This document shows positions 6,614-13,578 of a stretch of 14,732 nt of DNA, one piece after another. The notes below the pieces were generated by a model. It was not told the DNA's origin. It saw nothing but the letters and a program-made list of their open reading frames with translations, and did not search any database. A program made the translations under genes and the position numbers. The DNA is taken from IMG/VR virus record IMGVR_UViG_3300041809_001176. The stretch is one strand, 5' to 3'. Within the stretch, counting starts at the first letter, position 1. Each line of letters starts with the position of its first letter. Source of the stretch: a virus.

Positions 6614-6637
6614 TGATGCAAACCATGGTTTGCATCA
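6614..6637. repeat. Perfect 24-bp palindrome TGATGCAAACCATGGTTTGCATCA lying between the stop of gene 6644..7225 and the 5' end of the tRNA-like gene.
   Basis: Direct reading. Each 12-nt half is the exact reverse complement of the other, centred on CCATGG. Confidence 0.9.
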
Positions 6638-6643
6638 ACTACG

Positions 6644-7225
6644 TTAGACTTCAAGCACAGCAGCGTCAGCAGCGCCGGAGGCAATGCGGTCTTCCAGAAT
6701 GCTGTCGATGATGGTGCGCTCGTCGTCGGTGACATGGACGCTGTTCTTCTTGATGTTAACCAGATGCTCTGTGGTCAAGTCAGCGAACCGTTTGAACGTG
6801 GTGGACTGGTCTCCATTCACACCCTTGCTGCCCCACATGGCAACAGCCTTGGCGCGTTCCAGACCGAGGATACGTATCTTCAACAGGTCGGCATGGTCGC
6901 CCGGTACTTCGATGCCTTCGAGGCTGTCGATAAGCGTAGTGGTGTCCGGTGTAATGTTCTCGCCGCCGTCCGGTCCCTGCGGTTCGCCGTTCTCACCATT
7001 CTCGTCACCCGCCGTTTCCAGCGGACTGTCGTCATTGCCATCGCCATGCACCGGGCAGTTGCTATCGGTACAGGGGTCTTCGTCACTGTGGTGATGGACA
7101 ACCAAAACGCCGACGAGTTCGGGTTCCTCGTTTTCCTTTTTCGCTTTCATGCCCAATGCACCGACGACCACGCCGGTCAAGAATGCAAGGACGCCAACAA
7201 TACTTGTTCCCTTCGCGTTTCCCAT
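6644..7225 (-). CDS. Membrane-anchored protein of 193 aa. It has an N-terminal TM helix, an acidic His/Cys/Asp-rich low-complexity region (HHHSDEDPCTDSNCPVHGDGNDD...) and a C-terminal globular domain.
   Basis: The RBS GAGGAG lies 5 nt upstream of the third in-frame ATG (MGNAKG...). The upstream ATGs at 7243 and 7237 have no SD. Confidence 0.55.
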   Translation of the reverse strand: MGNAKGTSIVGVLAFLTGVVVGALGMKAKKENEEPELVGVLVVHHHSDEDPCTDSNCPVHGDGNDDSPLETAGDENGENGEPQGPDGGENITPDTTTLIDSLEGIEVPGDHADLLKIRILGLERAKAVAMWGSKGVNGDQSTTFKRFADLTTEHLVNIKKNSVHVTDDERTIIDSILEDRIASGAADAAVLEV

Positions 7226-7233
7226 GTGTCTCC

Positions 7234-7419
7234 TCATTTCCAATTGATTGTGTTACAGAGAGTGATGATGGTGCCGAGCATCAAAATCATGCCGACGATA
7301 ACAACAGCAAACCAACCGTCATTGATTTTCCCGCAGCCAGTGATGTGCGAATGTGCAGCTACGCCGAGAGCGGTCAGAGTGCAGATGCCAATGATGATAA
7401 TGCAGAGTACAACGAACAT
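7234..7419 (-). CDS. Small two-TM membrane protein of 61 aa.
   Basis: RBS GAGGT 6 nt upstream. The sequence is strongly hydrophobic (MFVVLCIIIIGICTLTALGVAA...VVIVGMILMLGTIITL). Confidence 0.5.
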   Translation of the reverse strand: MFVVLCIIIIGICTLTALGVAAHSHITGCGKINDGWFAVVIVGMILMLGTIITLCNTINWK

Positions 7420-7427
7420 AGTGAACC

Positions 7428-7892
7428 TCAGATGAAAAATAACAGGTGCTGAACTTTGGGCTTCCCGGCGAGAATGACAAGCACATCTTCAACGCACTCA
7501 TCAACCCCGTATGGAAAGTTGCGACCGGCAGTCCAGTTGTACGTTGGGTTCTCACCCTTTTCGTACGCAGTGTGAAGGACGCTCCAGTCGTTGACGTAGG
7601 AAAGAAACTGCCGCAACTCAGGCAAAAGGGTGACGCCCTTTACGGCTTCCAGTTCCTGAATCCTGAGTATGACCGCCTTGGTCTTTTCATTCAGCGGAAA
7701 GGCATACTGAGTCACGTACTCCTGCCATCCCGGCAGCTTACACGCACCCTGAGTATACAAGACAAAGTTGCCGTTCTCAATCTTCTTCGCCGCCGTGTAG
7801 CAAAAGCTATGAAAGGCGATGCGGCTGGTCAGAAGCTGGCCGTGAAGTTCGCGATACAGCAGGTATTGGCGCTCTTCAAAAGAGGTTGTCAT
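7428..7892 (-). CDS. Hypothetical protein of 154 aa (MTTSFEERQYLLYRELHGQ...).
   Basis: Its start ATG overlaps the TGA of the upstream gene (ATGA at 7889-7892). The longer track ORF (to 8030) would overlap the upstream gene by 140 nt. Confidence 0.55.
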   Translation of the reverse strand: MTTSFEERQYLLYRELHGQLLTSRIAFHSFCYTAAKKIENGNFVLYTQGACKLPGWQEYVTQYAFPLNEKTKAVILRIQELEAVKGVTLLPELRQFLSYVNDWSVLHTAYEKGENPTYNWTAGRNFPYGVDECVEDVLVILAGKPKVQHLLFFI

Positions 7893-8263
7893 TTCGTCAC
7901 CACCATAATCCCGTCTGCGCTGCCGCGCTTCCGTGCTAACGATTCCATGGGGGTCTCGGTGCGAACACGCGGCTCCATGGGGGTCACTTTGAATCTGTTG
8001 CCGTATTTGACTTTCTGTTCGCACAACCACTCGTATGCATTTTCAGGAGTCACCGTGGATGCGTCCACTTCCGCTAACTGCGGAAACTGCCGAAGCAATT
8101 CCGGGGCACATTCCTGACAAGCTTCACCGATTTCATGAGTGAACACCGGATGTCCGAGCACGAATTGCAAGATGGTGTAAAGGGAGCCGATGTCCCGAGC
8201 GAGAAATTTAGTAGTGATAACACTGAGGATGTCGCCCAAGGTGAAGTGTTTTGTCTTTGCCAT
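7889..8263 (-). CDS. Hypothetical protein of 124 aa (MAKTKHFTLGDILSVITTKFLARDIG...).
   Basis: RBS AGGAGA. The second ATG has better spacing. It lies directly downstream of the Ku terminator. Confidence 0.55.
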   Translation of the reverse strand: MAKTKHFTLGDILSVITTKFLARDIGSLYTILQFVLGHPVFTHEIGEACQECAPELLRQFPQLAEVDASTVTPENAYEWLCEQKVKYGNRFKVTPMEPRVRTETPMESLARKRGSADGIMVVTK

Positions 8264-8272
8264 CATTCTCCT

Positions 8273-8302
8273 GCGGAAAAGCCGGAGGCCGAAGCCTCCG
8301 GC
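8273..8302 (-). terminator. Rho-independent terminator following the Ku gene.
   Basis: Perfect 9-bp stem GCCGGAGGC/GCCUCCGGC with tetraloop (plus-strand CGAA) at 8281-8302. On the minus strand it is followed by UUUUCC. Confidence 0.55.
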
Positions 8303-8319
8303 GATTACCGAGTTGCTGG

Positions 8320-9357
8320 TTATGCTGCCGCTGACTTCGCCTTGCCCTTGTTGGCCGCGAGAGCGCCCGTGAGAAGTGCCATCAAGTCCATCTTCTTGTC
8401 CACGGTCGGGGTCGGTGCCAAGACCGGGGCGGTAGGAACGTTGCCCAAAATCTTGTCGTTGATGAGCCCCTTGTACTGGCGCATGGACAGATCGGAGTAG
8501 TCGGCGAGATTGAAGGTGCCGCCCATGGATTCGACCAACTGAGTCGCGATGTCCACCAGAGCCGCTTCCTTGGGACCGTCAAGGTTGACCTTTGTCCACT
8601 TGTCGCAGCCGCGAACTTCGTTGTCGAAGTACAAGTAGCTGACGATCATGCCACCGTCGTCAACGCCGCCGTAGGGGCGGATAACCACCGTCTCCTGACG
8701 GCCACGCTGGCTGGTCTTGGCGATGGCAACCTTGTTCGTCTCCACCATGGACTGACGCAGGATAGCGAACGAGACCTTGGAAACTTCGTCGGCAGGGGCG
8801 ATGTACTCGGAAGCCGCGAAGTACACAGGGTCGATTTCGTTCACGTCCACGAACTTCTCGATAGGCATCGACTTCTCGTTGGCAACTTGGCAAGCCTTCT
8901 TCTCGTCGTCGGTGACGATGGCGAATTCGCCGTCTGCATACTCGTAGCCCTTGAGAATGGCCGCACGTTCCACGGCTTCGTCGCACACCGGGCACTTCAT
9001 CGCACCCTGCTTGAGTTGCTTGTAGTCGGGGGCGGAAACCGGCGTGTACTTGGCTTTGGATTTGCTGAGAGTGCCAGCGGCGATGGCGGCGTCAATCGCG
9101 TTGTTCGCAGCAACCGCCGCCTCAATCTCGGTATGGTTGCAAGCGTGAACCATGTGCAGTTCCACTTTCTCAGGCTCAGTGGACTTGAAGGTTTTGACGT
9201 TCATGTTCAGAACGTTAAATGAAAGAACACCCGTCCAAGTCGCACGAGAAACCATTGCCTTCTCGGCGGGAGCGGTGCTCAACTGTGGCTTGGTGGGAGC
9301 GAGGCCAGCGGCGAGTGCCGCAGCCAGAAGGTCGGTTTGTGAGTTCAGAGTAGCCAT
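8320..9357 (-). CDS. ku: Ku-like DNA end-binding protein of 345 aa. The Ku core begins at M35 (MVSRATWTGVLSF...), preceded by a 34-aa Ala-rich N-terminal extension. The C-terminal tail is Ala/Lys-rich.
   Basis: Bacterial Ku signatures: RATWTGVLSFNVLNMNVK (compare RAIWKGxISFGLVNIPVK), CPVCDEAVERAAILKGYEYADGEFAIVTDDE, and FVDVNEIDPVYFAASEYIAPADEVSKVSFAILRQSMVETNKVAIAKTSQRGRQETVVIRPYGG (compare IDPIYFDRSYYLAP...[33 protein letters not shown]). Confidence 0.8.
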   Translation of the reverse strand: MATLNSQTDLLAAALAAGLAPTKPQLSTAPAEKAMVSRATWTGVLSFNVLNMNVKTFKSTEPEKVELHMVHACNHTEIEAAVAANNAIDAAIAAGTLSKSKAKYTPVSAPDYKQLKQGAMKCPVCDEAVERAAILKGYEYADGEFAIVTDDEKKACQVANEKSMPIEKFVDVNEIDPVYFAASEYIAPADEVSKVSFAILRQSMVETNKVAIAKTSQRGRQETVVIRPYGGVDDGGMIVSYLYFDNEVRGCDKWTKVNLDGPKEAALVDIATQLVESMGGTFNLADYSDLSMRQYKGLINDKILGNVPTAPVLAPTPTVDKKMDLMALLTGALAANKGKAKSAAA

Positions 9358-9363
9358 ATCCTT

Positions 9364-9393
9364 AGTATACCTGCAACCGGGGGGGTTTGGCTA
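9364..9393 (-). promoter_or_regulatory. Candidate promoter TAGCCA-N18-TATACT, with the TATACT box ending 6 nt before the Ku ATG.
   Basis: Minus strand reads ...CCAAAAACTAGCCAAACCCCCCCGGTTGCAGGTATACTAAGGATATG. The rIIA gene has the same architecture and spacing. Confidence 0.4.
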
Positions 9394-9420
9394 GTTTTTG
9401 GATATATTTTTTCGAAAAAT

Positions 9421-9462
9421 TTGAGTAAAAAGAGACCGGGAGAGCCACTTGGGCCCTCCCGG
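9421..9462 (-). terminator. Rho-independent terminator following rIIB.
   Basis: An 11-bp stem with one mismatch (CCGGGAGAGCC/GGCCCTCCCGG) and loop ACTTG at 9436-9462. On the minus strand it is followed by UCUCUUUUUACUCAAAUUUUU. Confidence 0.5.
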
Positions 9463-9533
9463 ATTAAGGTGCATTTCGAGGAGAACGATGGGCGGTGAGC
9501 GGAAGCAGAACCACCCTGTTCATGCACCTTAAA

Positions 9534-10763
9534 TCAACCATCGTAACCGTCGTCCCACTCCTCTTCATCGTCGTCAGCAGGAGCCACAGCGCGGCTCAGA
9601 GTAGGCCGAGGATACGAAACCCCGGCTTCGCCGATGTCGTCATTGCCTTGCAGCTTGGCAATCGCAATCAGAATCCGGTCAATAACCTCTTGCGACGGCT
9701 TCACGCACCGCTCTGCGTTATAGACCTCTTGCAATTCCATGCCAGCGGCTGCACGAACCTGACCCATGGTGAGCCCTGCCGCCTCACGAGCGAAGCGAAG
9801 AGGGTTGTCAAACAGCTTGGACTTCGACGGGGCGATGTCCATCTGGCTGAACTTGCGGAGCCAGCCGACAAGACGTTCAGTGGAAGCCTTGGTGAAGCTG
9901 GCCGCAGTCATTTTGCCACGCCGCAGGAGGCGCTTCACAGTCGGTAGAGCCTTGACCTTCTTGATGATGTCGAAGCGGCAATCAGGAACCTCAATCAGCG
10001 GCTGCATCATGATGGCAGCATCCGCCGTATCGGAGACCAGATTGGAAATTTCTTCGATGCCGACTTCCGCAAAAACTTCATACGTCCAGCAGCGGAACTT
10101 GCGGTGACCGAAGCCCAAAGGGCTGGCAACCACGTCGGCAGGATTGACCTTGACAACCATGATGTGGTTGCCGTGGCTGTAGAAGCTGCCGATGTAGCCA
10201 CGAACGCAAACGTGGTAACCACGGGAGCATTCGGTGTACTCACTCGGATCAACTTCGGAACGAGCCATCAAGGGACGAGCGCCAATGTGATTGTCCACCT
10301 TGTGGGTGTGCTTGTCCTTGTAGTTCGCATCGACCACCTTGTAACCGACGATGCAGCCGTCACTGGTGATAGCGTAGCGACCGGCGTTAACCCAGTCGTA
10401 AATCCGGTTCACCGTATTCACGTCTTCCTGTTGGTACAGGTTGTCCATGAAGCGGAGCCAACTCACGACAGACTGGCCGTGCTCGATGAGTTCGAGAATT
10501 TTGGCCGAGAGGCTGTTGTCCACCTTCTGATTGCGGTAGAACACGCCACCAGAATTGACAGTGACCTTGCCATGGGTCCGCTCTGCCAATTGAGCACTGA
10601 GGTCAACCAGCTTGGGAATGCGTGACCAGTCGCCGCGTTCCAGAGCCCGGTGAAGTTGCTTGAAAGTTGCTTGCCCCTTGGTCGCTTGGTGAGTCTTGCC
10701 ATCCAGCACCACGGCCACGTAGTCGTCTTGAAGAACGTACGGAATTGCAGTCGCATTAGACAT
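9534..10763 (-). CDS. rIIB: rIIB-like protein of 409 aa, with a C-terminal HTH-like segment.
   Basis: Matches to recalled T4 rIIB: ECSRGYHVCVRGYIGSFYSHGNHIMVVKVNPADVVASP versus TCSRGLHVCSKSYIRHFGSSTDRVVKVKVHPRDVVSIP. Also GKVTVNSGGVFYRNQKVDNSLSAKILELIEHGQ versus GDVRIEGGSLFYQNIELRSGLVDRILDSMEKGE, and DGCIVGYKVVDANY versus DGYFYAWKVVRSNY. Its start overlaps the rIIA stop by 8 nt, giving the T4 gene order rIIA then rIIB. Confidence 0.8.
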   Translation of the reverse strand: MSNATAIPYVLQDDYVAVVLDGKTHQATKGQATFKQLHRALERGDWSRIPKLVDLSAQLAERTHGKVTVNSGGVFYRNQKVDNSLSAKILELIEHGQSVVSWLRFMDNLYQQEDVNTVNRIYDWVNAGRYAITSDGCIVGYKVVDANYKDKHTHKVDNHIGARPLMARSEVDPSEYTECSRGYHVCVRGYIGSFYSHGNHIMVVKVNPADVVASPLGFGHRKFRCWTYEVFAEVGIEEISNLVSDTADAAIMMQPLIEVPDCRFDIIKKVKALPTVKRLLRRGKMTAASFTKASTERLVGWLRKFSQMDIAPSKSKLFDNPLRFAREAAGLTMGQVRAAAGMELQEVYNAERCVKPSQEVIDRILIAIAKLQGNDDIGEAGVSYPRPTLSRAVAPADDDEEEWDDGYDG

Positions 10764-13314
10764 TGACGGTCTCCTCTTCGTCTTCGGTTTTGGTTTCGTC
10801 GTCGGTTATCACTCGAACATCGGTCAAAACCAACCGTCTGTTCTGCTCATCAGTGTACCGGATGTAATCCACCAAAACGGTCTTCTCTTCTATTGTACCT
10901 GAACCGTAGGTGTTTCGGCTACAAATTTTCAGGATTGGGTAATTTTTTATTACCTTCTGCCACGCTTGATTGTAGTCCGCTGTGTTGTTGATGGCAATCC
11001 CAAGAGTCTTCGCGAGGGTTACCAGATTGGCGTGACCACGACGGTCTGCGGCCTCCGCTTTATGGATAGCCAGTGCGAACTGACGAAACGGACTATCCAC
11101 TGAAAGCAGTTGAGGATGCTCCGCCACGTATTCCATGACTGACTTCCAGTTCGAAGAGAACGGCTTCACAGCGAGGCTCAGTTCCATTTCCTTGGCCGGG
11201 GTGATGGTTTCAGTCACCCGAGCCCTTACGAAGGGCAGGAAGTCGATAAAGAGCGGGTCCGGGAGCAGTTTGGAGCCAGCCTTGATGCCGAAGATGCCGA
11301 AGATGGGAGTGTCAGCACTAATCTCCGGGAACAGATCAGACTCACGAACCGTATTCACGAAGTCGATGAAATTTCTGGCGTAGTAGAACCCCGGAAGGTT
11401 CATGGGTTCAATTGAACTACCGCTCACCATCACATAAAACTTCGTCGCTGTGGAATCATTGAGTTCAAAATTGTCGTCGCCCTTTTGCCACTGTTTCTTC
11501 CAACCACCACCGCTGCTACAGCGAGTGCGTTCAGCGTAGTGACGCAGGATGCGAACGTTCATCCGTTCACGCTTGACAACCTGCACGTCCTTCTCAGCTT
11601 TCAACAGCGGATCAAACTTCGCCTTGAGTTCAGACGCTTTGACCACCGGAGGATTGCCGATGCGGTCGAGTAGAGCAACAGCTTCATCGCCAGCGCGACC
11701 CATGGGGATGCTCCGAGTCAGCCGGTTAATCACCAAAGCCTTGCGATACTTGCCAACGGTAAAGGCACCCTCGCCGGTCCCTCCCTCGGAGATTCCATCC
11801 CACGCTTTTTGGGCTGCGATGCGGTCACCTTGAAGCAGGTAGCTAACGTATCTGTCAGCCTTCGTGTTGAGGTCGTTAATCACAAAAATTACGCCTTGGT
11901 CTACACTCAACTTGAGGTCGTAATCTTTCTTCTCTGTGATGTTAGACCCCAAATCGCGGAAAGCCTCAGCCCTCTTTGCCTGAGTTGCAAATTCGAACAA
12001 CGGCTCTTTCTTCGCTTTCTTTGCCGAGCGCCGGTCGCTGTAACGGAATGCTGTCACTTCGATGTGCTGATAGTCGAGTTCGTTAATGACGACCGTGTTG
12101 CTGCCTTCCTTGGTGATGCCCTCCAACTTGAAGAAGGTGTATGCACCATTCAACAGACCACGATTGTAGGCGTCGTTGACCAGAGCCCCCATACCCGGTT
12201 GCATGGTCAATTCACGAACCTTGAGACGTGCCTCCCATCCTGTCTTGCAGCCGTCAATCTGTTTCTTGATTTCTTCAAGCAGTTTGTCTTGCACGATGTC
12301 CAGACGGGCGAGAATGTTGTGAATGGTTTTGTCGTCCAATTGCAATGCTTCGCGGGACGCTGCCACACTCAACTCACCGATGTTGAAGAACAAGTCGATG
12401 GGCATCGAGACCAATTTCTTCTGAGCCTCGGTCAGGCGGGACTGGTCAATGTTGCCGACGCTGTACTGCACGTTGCCTTGAATCGCACGGAGAGCATCGC
12501 CCTGCGCCGTATCCGCATCGGTACGCATACCCCACAGGTCAGTTTTCACCGAGTAGGTGGGGTTCTTGATAGTGACCGCCTTGTTCAACTTCGGACGCGG
12601 AAAGAAAAATTCGAAAACGTTCGCAGCCTTGTTTTCGAACTCCCAAATATCGCGACGGTCAACTGGGAAGGAAACCTCCAAACCGTTCGGCTCGTTCGGC
12701 GTGTCGATAACCTGCATCGGTACCACGGTTGGAAATCCATTCTTGACCATGGCAGTGTAGATGTAGGTGCGGCCCTCATAGTGGTTGGTGACCGTGAAGC
12801 CGCCCGACTGCGTAGAGCCATCGCCAGTTTTCTTGTTGGTGTAAGCGAAGGGCGATTTGGAGCCAAGACCGAGAGCACCGATGAATTCGTTGCTCTGATT
12901 TTTGTCGGAGGCGAAGTAGGTGCAATAGAGACGCATCACAGCGTCATAGTCACCCGTGTGGTTGCAATCTTCACAGTAAATCTCTGCCGCCGATCCCTTG
13001 CCAATGATGCCAGTCCCGTGGCAAGTCTCGCACCCACCTTTGATGAAACGAAGGCCGGTACCAGTATCCTTGACGGTGAAGATGGGGGTGAATTGAGTGG
13101 GAAGATGAACCTCAAAAGGCTCATGTCGCTTGCCAGCAGCCACATGGGCGTCCCATGCATTGCATGAGAGTTCACGGATAACGGCTCCAATTTTATCGCC
13201 GTACAGGCCGCTGGATAAGATTTCGAAGGTGACGGTGGATGCTGCAATCTTGAAGCTGGATGGCGCTGATGCGTTTCCAATCTTGGCGTCTGTGCCTTGG
13301 GTTCCTAGCTGCAT
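10756..13314 (-). CDS. rIIA: rIIA-like protein of 852 aa with an N-terminal GHKL (Bergerat-fold) ATPase domain.
   Basis: FKIAASTVTFEILSSGLYGDKIGAVIRELSCNAWDAH versus T4 rIIA [41 protein letters not shown] N-box E..NA.DA, G1 box VKDTGTGL and G2 box GALGLGSKSPF are present. The ATG at 13312-13314 has RBS AGGAG at 6-nt spacing. The track start at 13329 is a GTG without an SD. Confidence 0.85.
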   Translation of the reverse strand: MQLGTQGTDAKIGNASAPSSFKIAASTVTFEILSSGLYGDKIGAVIRELSCNAWDAHVAAGKRHEPFEVHLPTQFTPIFTVKDTGTGLRFIKGGCETCHGTGIIGKGSAAEIYCEDCNHTGDYDAVMRLYCTYFASDKNQSNEFIGALGLGSKSPFAYTNKKTGDGSTQSGGFTVTNHYEGRTYIYTAMVKNGFPTVVPMQVIDTPNEPNGLEVSFPVDRRDIWEFENKAANVFEFFFPRPKLNKAVTIKNPTYSVKTDLWGMRTDADTAQGDALRAIQGNVQYSVGNIDQSRLTEAQKKLVSMPIDLFFNIGELSVAASREALQLDDKTIHNILARLDIVQDKLLEEIKKQIDGCKTGWEARLKVRELTMQPGMGALVNDAYNRGLLNGAYTFFKLEGITKEGSNTVVINELDYQHIEVTAFRYSDRRSAKKAKKEPLFEFATQAKRAEAFRDLGSNITEKKDYDLKLSVDQGVIFVINDLNTKADRYVSYLLQGDRIAAQKAWDGISEGGTGEGAFTVGKYRKALVINRLTRSIPMGRAGDEAVALLDRIGNPPVVKASELKAKFDPLLKAEKDVQVVKRERMNVRILRHYAERTRCSSGGGWKKQWQKGDDNFELNDSTATKFYVMVSGSSIEPMNLPGFYYARNFIDFVNTVRESDLFPEISADTPIFGIFGIKAGSKLLPDPLFIDFLPFVRARVTETITPAKEMELSLAVKPFSSNWKSVMEYVAEHPQLLSVDSPFRQFALAIHKAEAADRRGHANLVTLAKTLGIAINNTADYNQAWQKVIKNYPILKICSRNTYGSGTIEEKTVLVDYIRYTDEQNRRLVLTDVRVITDDETKTEDEEETVNV

Positions 13315-13331
13315 GATGTTCTCCTGCACCT

Positions 13332-13361
13332 AGTATACCGGCTGTACCCACCTTTTGGCTA
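13332..13361 (-). promoter_or_regulatory. Candidate promoter TAGCCA-N18-TATACT upstream of rIIA, with a 17-nt leader containing the SD.
   Basis: Minus strand reads GAATACTAGCCAAAAGGTGGGTACAGCCGGTATACTAGGTGCAGGAGAACATCATG. Hexamers and spacing are identical to the Ku promoter. Confidence 0.4.
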
Positions 13362-13365
13362 GTAT

Positions 13366-13578
13366 TCAGGAAATTTTTTTAGCTTTATCGACCAAATTTG
13401 AGTAGAGCAAAAAGGCAGCAAAAGCCACCGCAGCGAATAAAGCAGGGACAAACCACGATAGACCGGGGTTGAAAAAGTGGGCAATTACGAGGAGAATTGT
13501 GGACACCGACCCGGACACCCACAACCCGTGGACGAGTCCAATCAGTAAAGCTAGATTCTGCGATATGACAGGCTTCAC
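13366..13578 (-). CDS. Small two-TM membrane protein of 70 aa, with a GTG start overlapping the upstream stop (GTGA).
   Basis: Strongly hydrophobic (LALLIGLVHGLWVSGSVSTILLVIAHFF...FVPALFAAVAFAAFLLY). There is no in-frame ATG. It sits between the Cys-rich gene and the rIIA promoter. Confidence 0.4.
   Translation of the reverse strand: MKPVISQNLALLIGLVHGLWVSGSVSTILLVIAHFFNPGLSWFVPALFAAVAFAAFLLYSNLVDKAKKIS

Noticed and set aside
6447-6711. ORFs 6447..6638 (-) and 6514..6711 (+)
   Set aside because: They overlap the tRNA-like gene and the 24-bp palindrome. They have no RBS and are better explained as non-coding RNA or regulatory space.
7752-7758. Fifth GTATACT occurrence inside gene 7428..7892 as an internal promoter
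   Set aside because: There is no TA(G/T)CCA hexamer 18 nt upstream (the sequence there is ATTGAG) and it is in coding sequence. The count is consistent with chance for a hexamer in 14.7 kb.
9345-9527. 60-aa minus-strand ORF in the rIIB-Ku intergenic region
   Set aside because: It spans the terminator hairpin and the Ku promoter. Its ATG sits 1 nt from an AAGGTG with no usable spacing. The translation is Pro/Ser-rich with no hydrophobic core.
11809-13167. 452-aa plus-strand ORF, and others of the same kind (10104..10625, 8887..9222, 7446..8117, 6734..7435, 848..1303, 1140..1523)
   Set aside because: All are antisense shadows of strongly supported minus-strand genes (rIIA, rIIB, Ku, MVP and others). 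They lack RBSs and have non-protein-like compositions. The minus-strand partners have family-level similarity and coupled starts.
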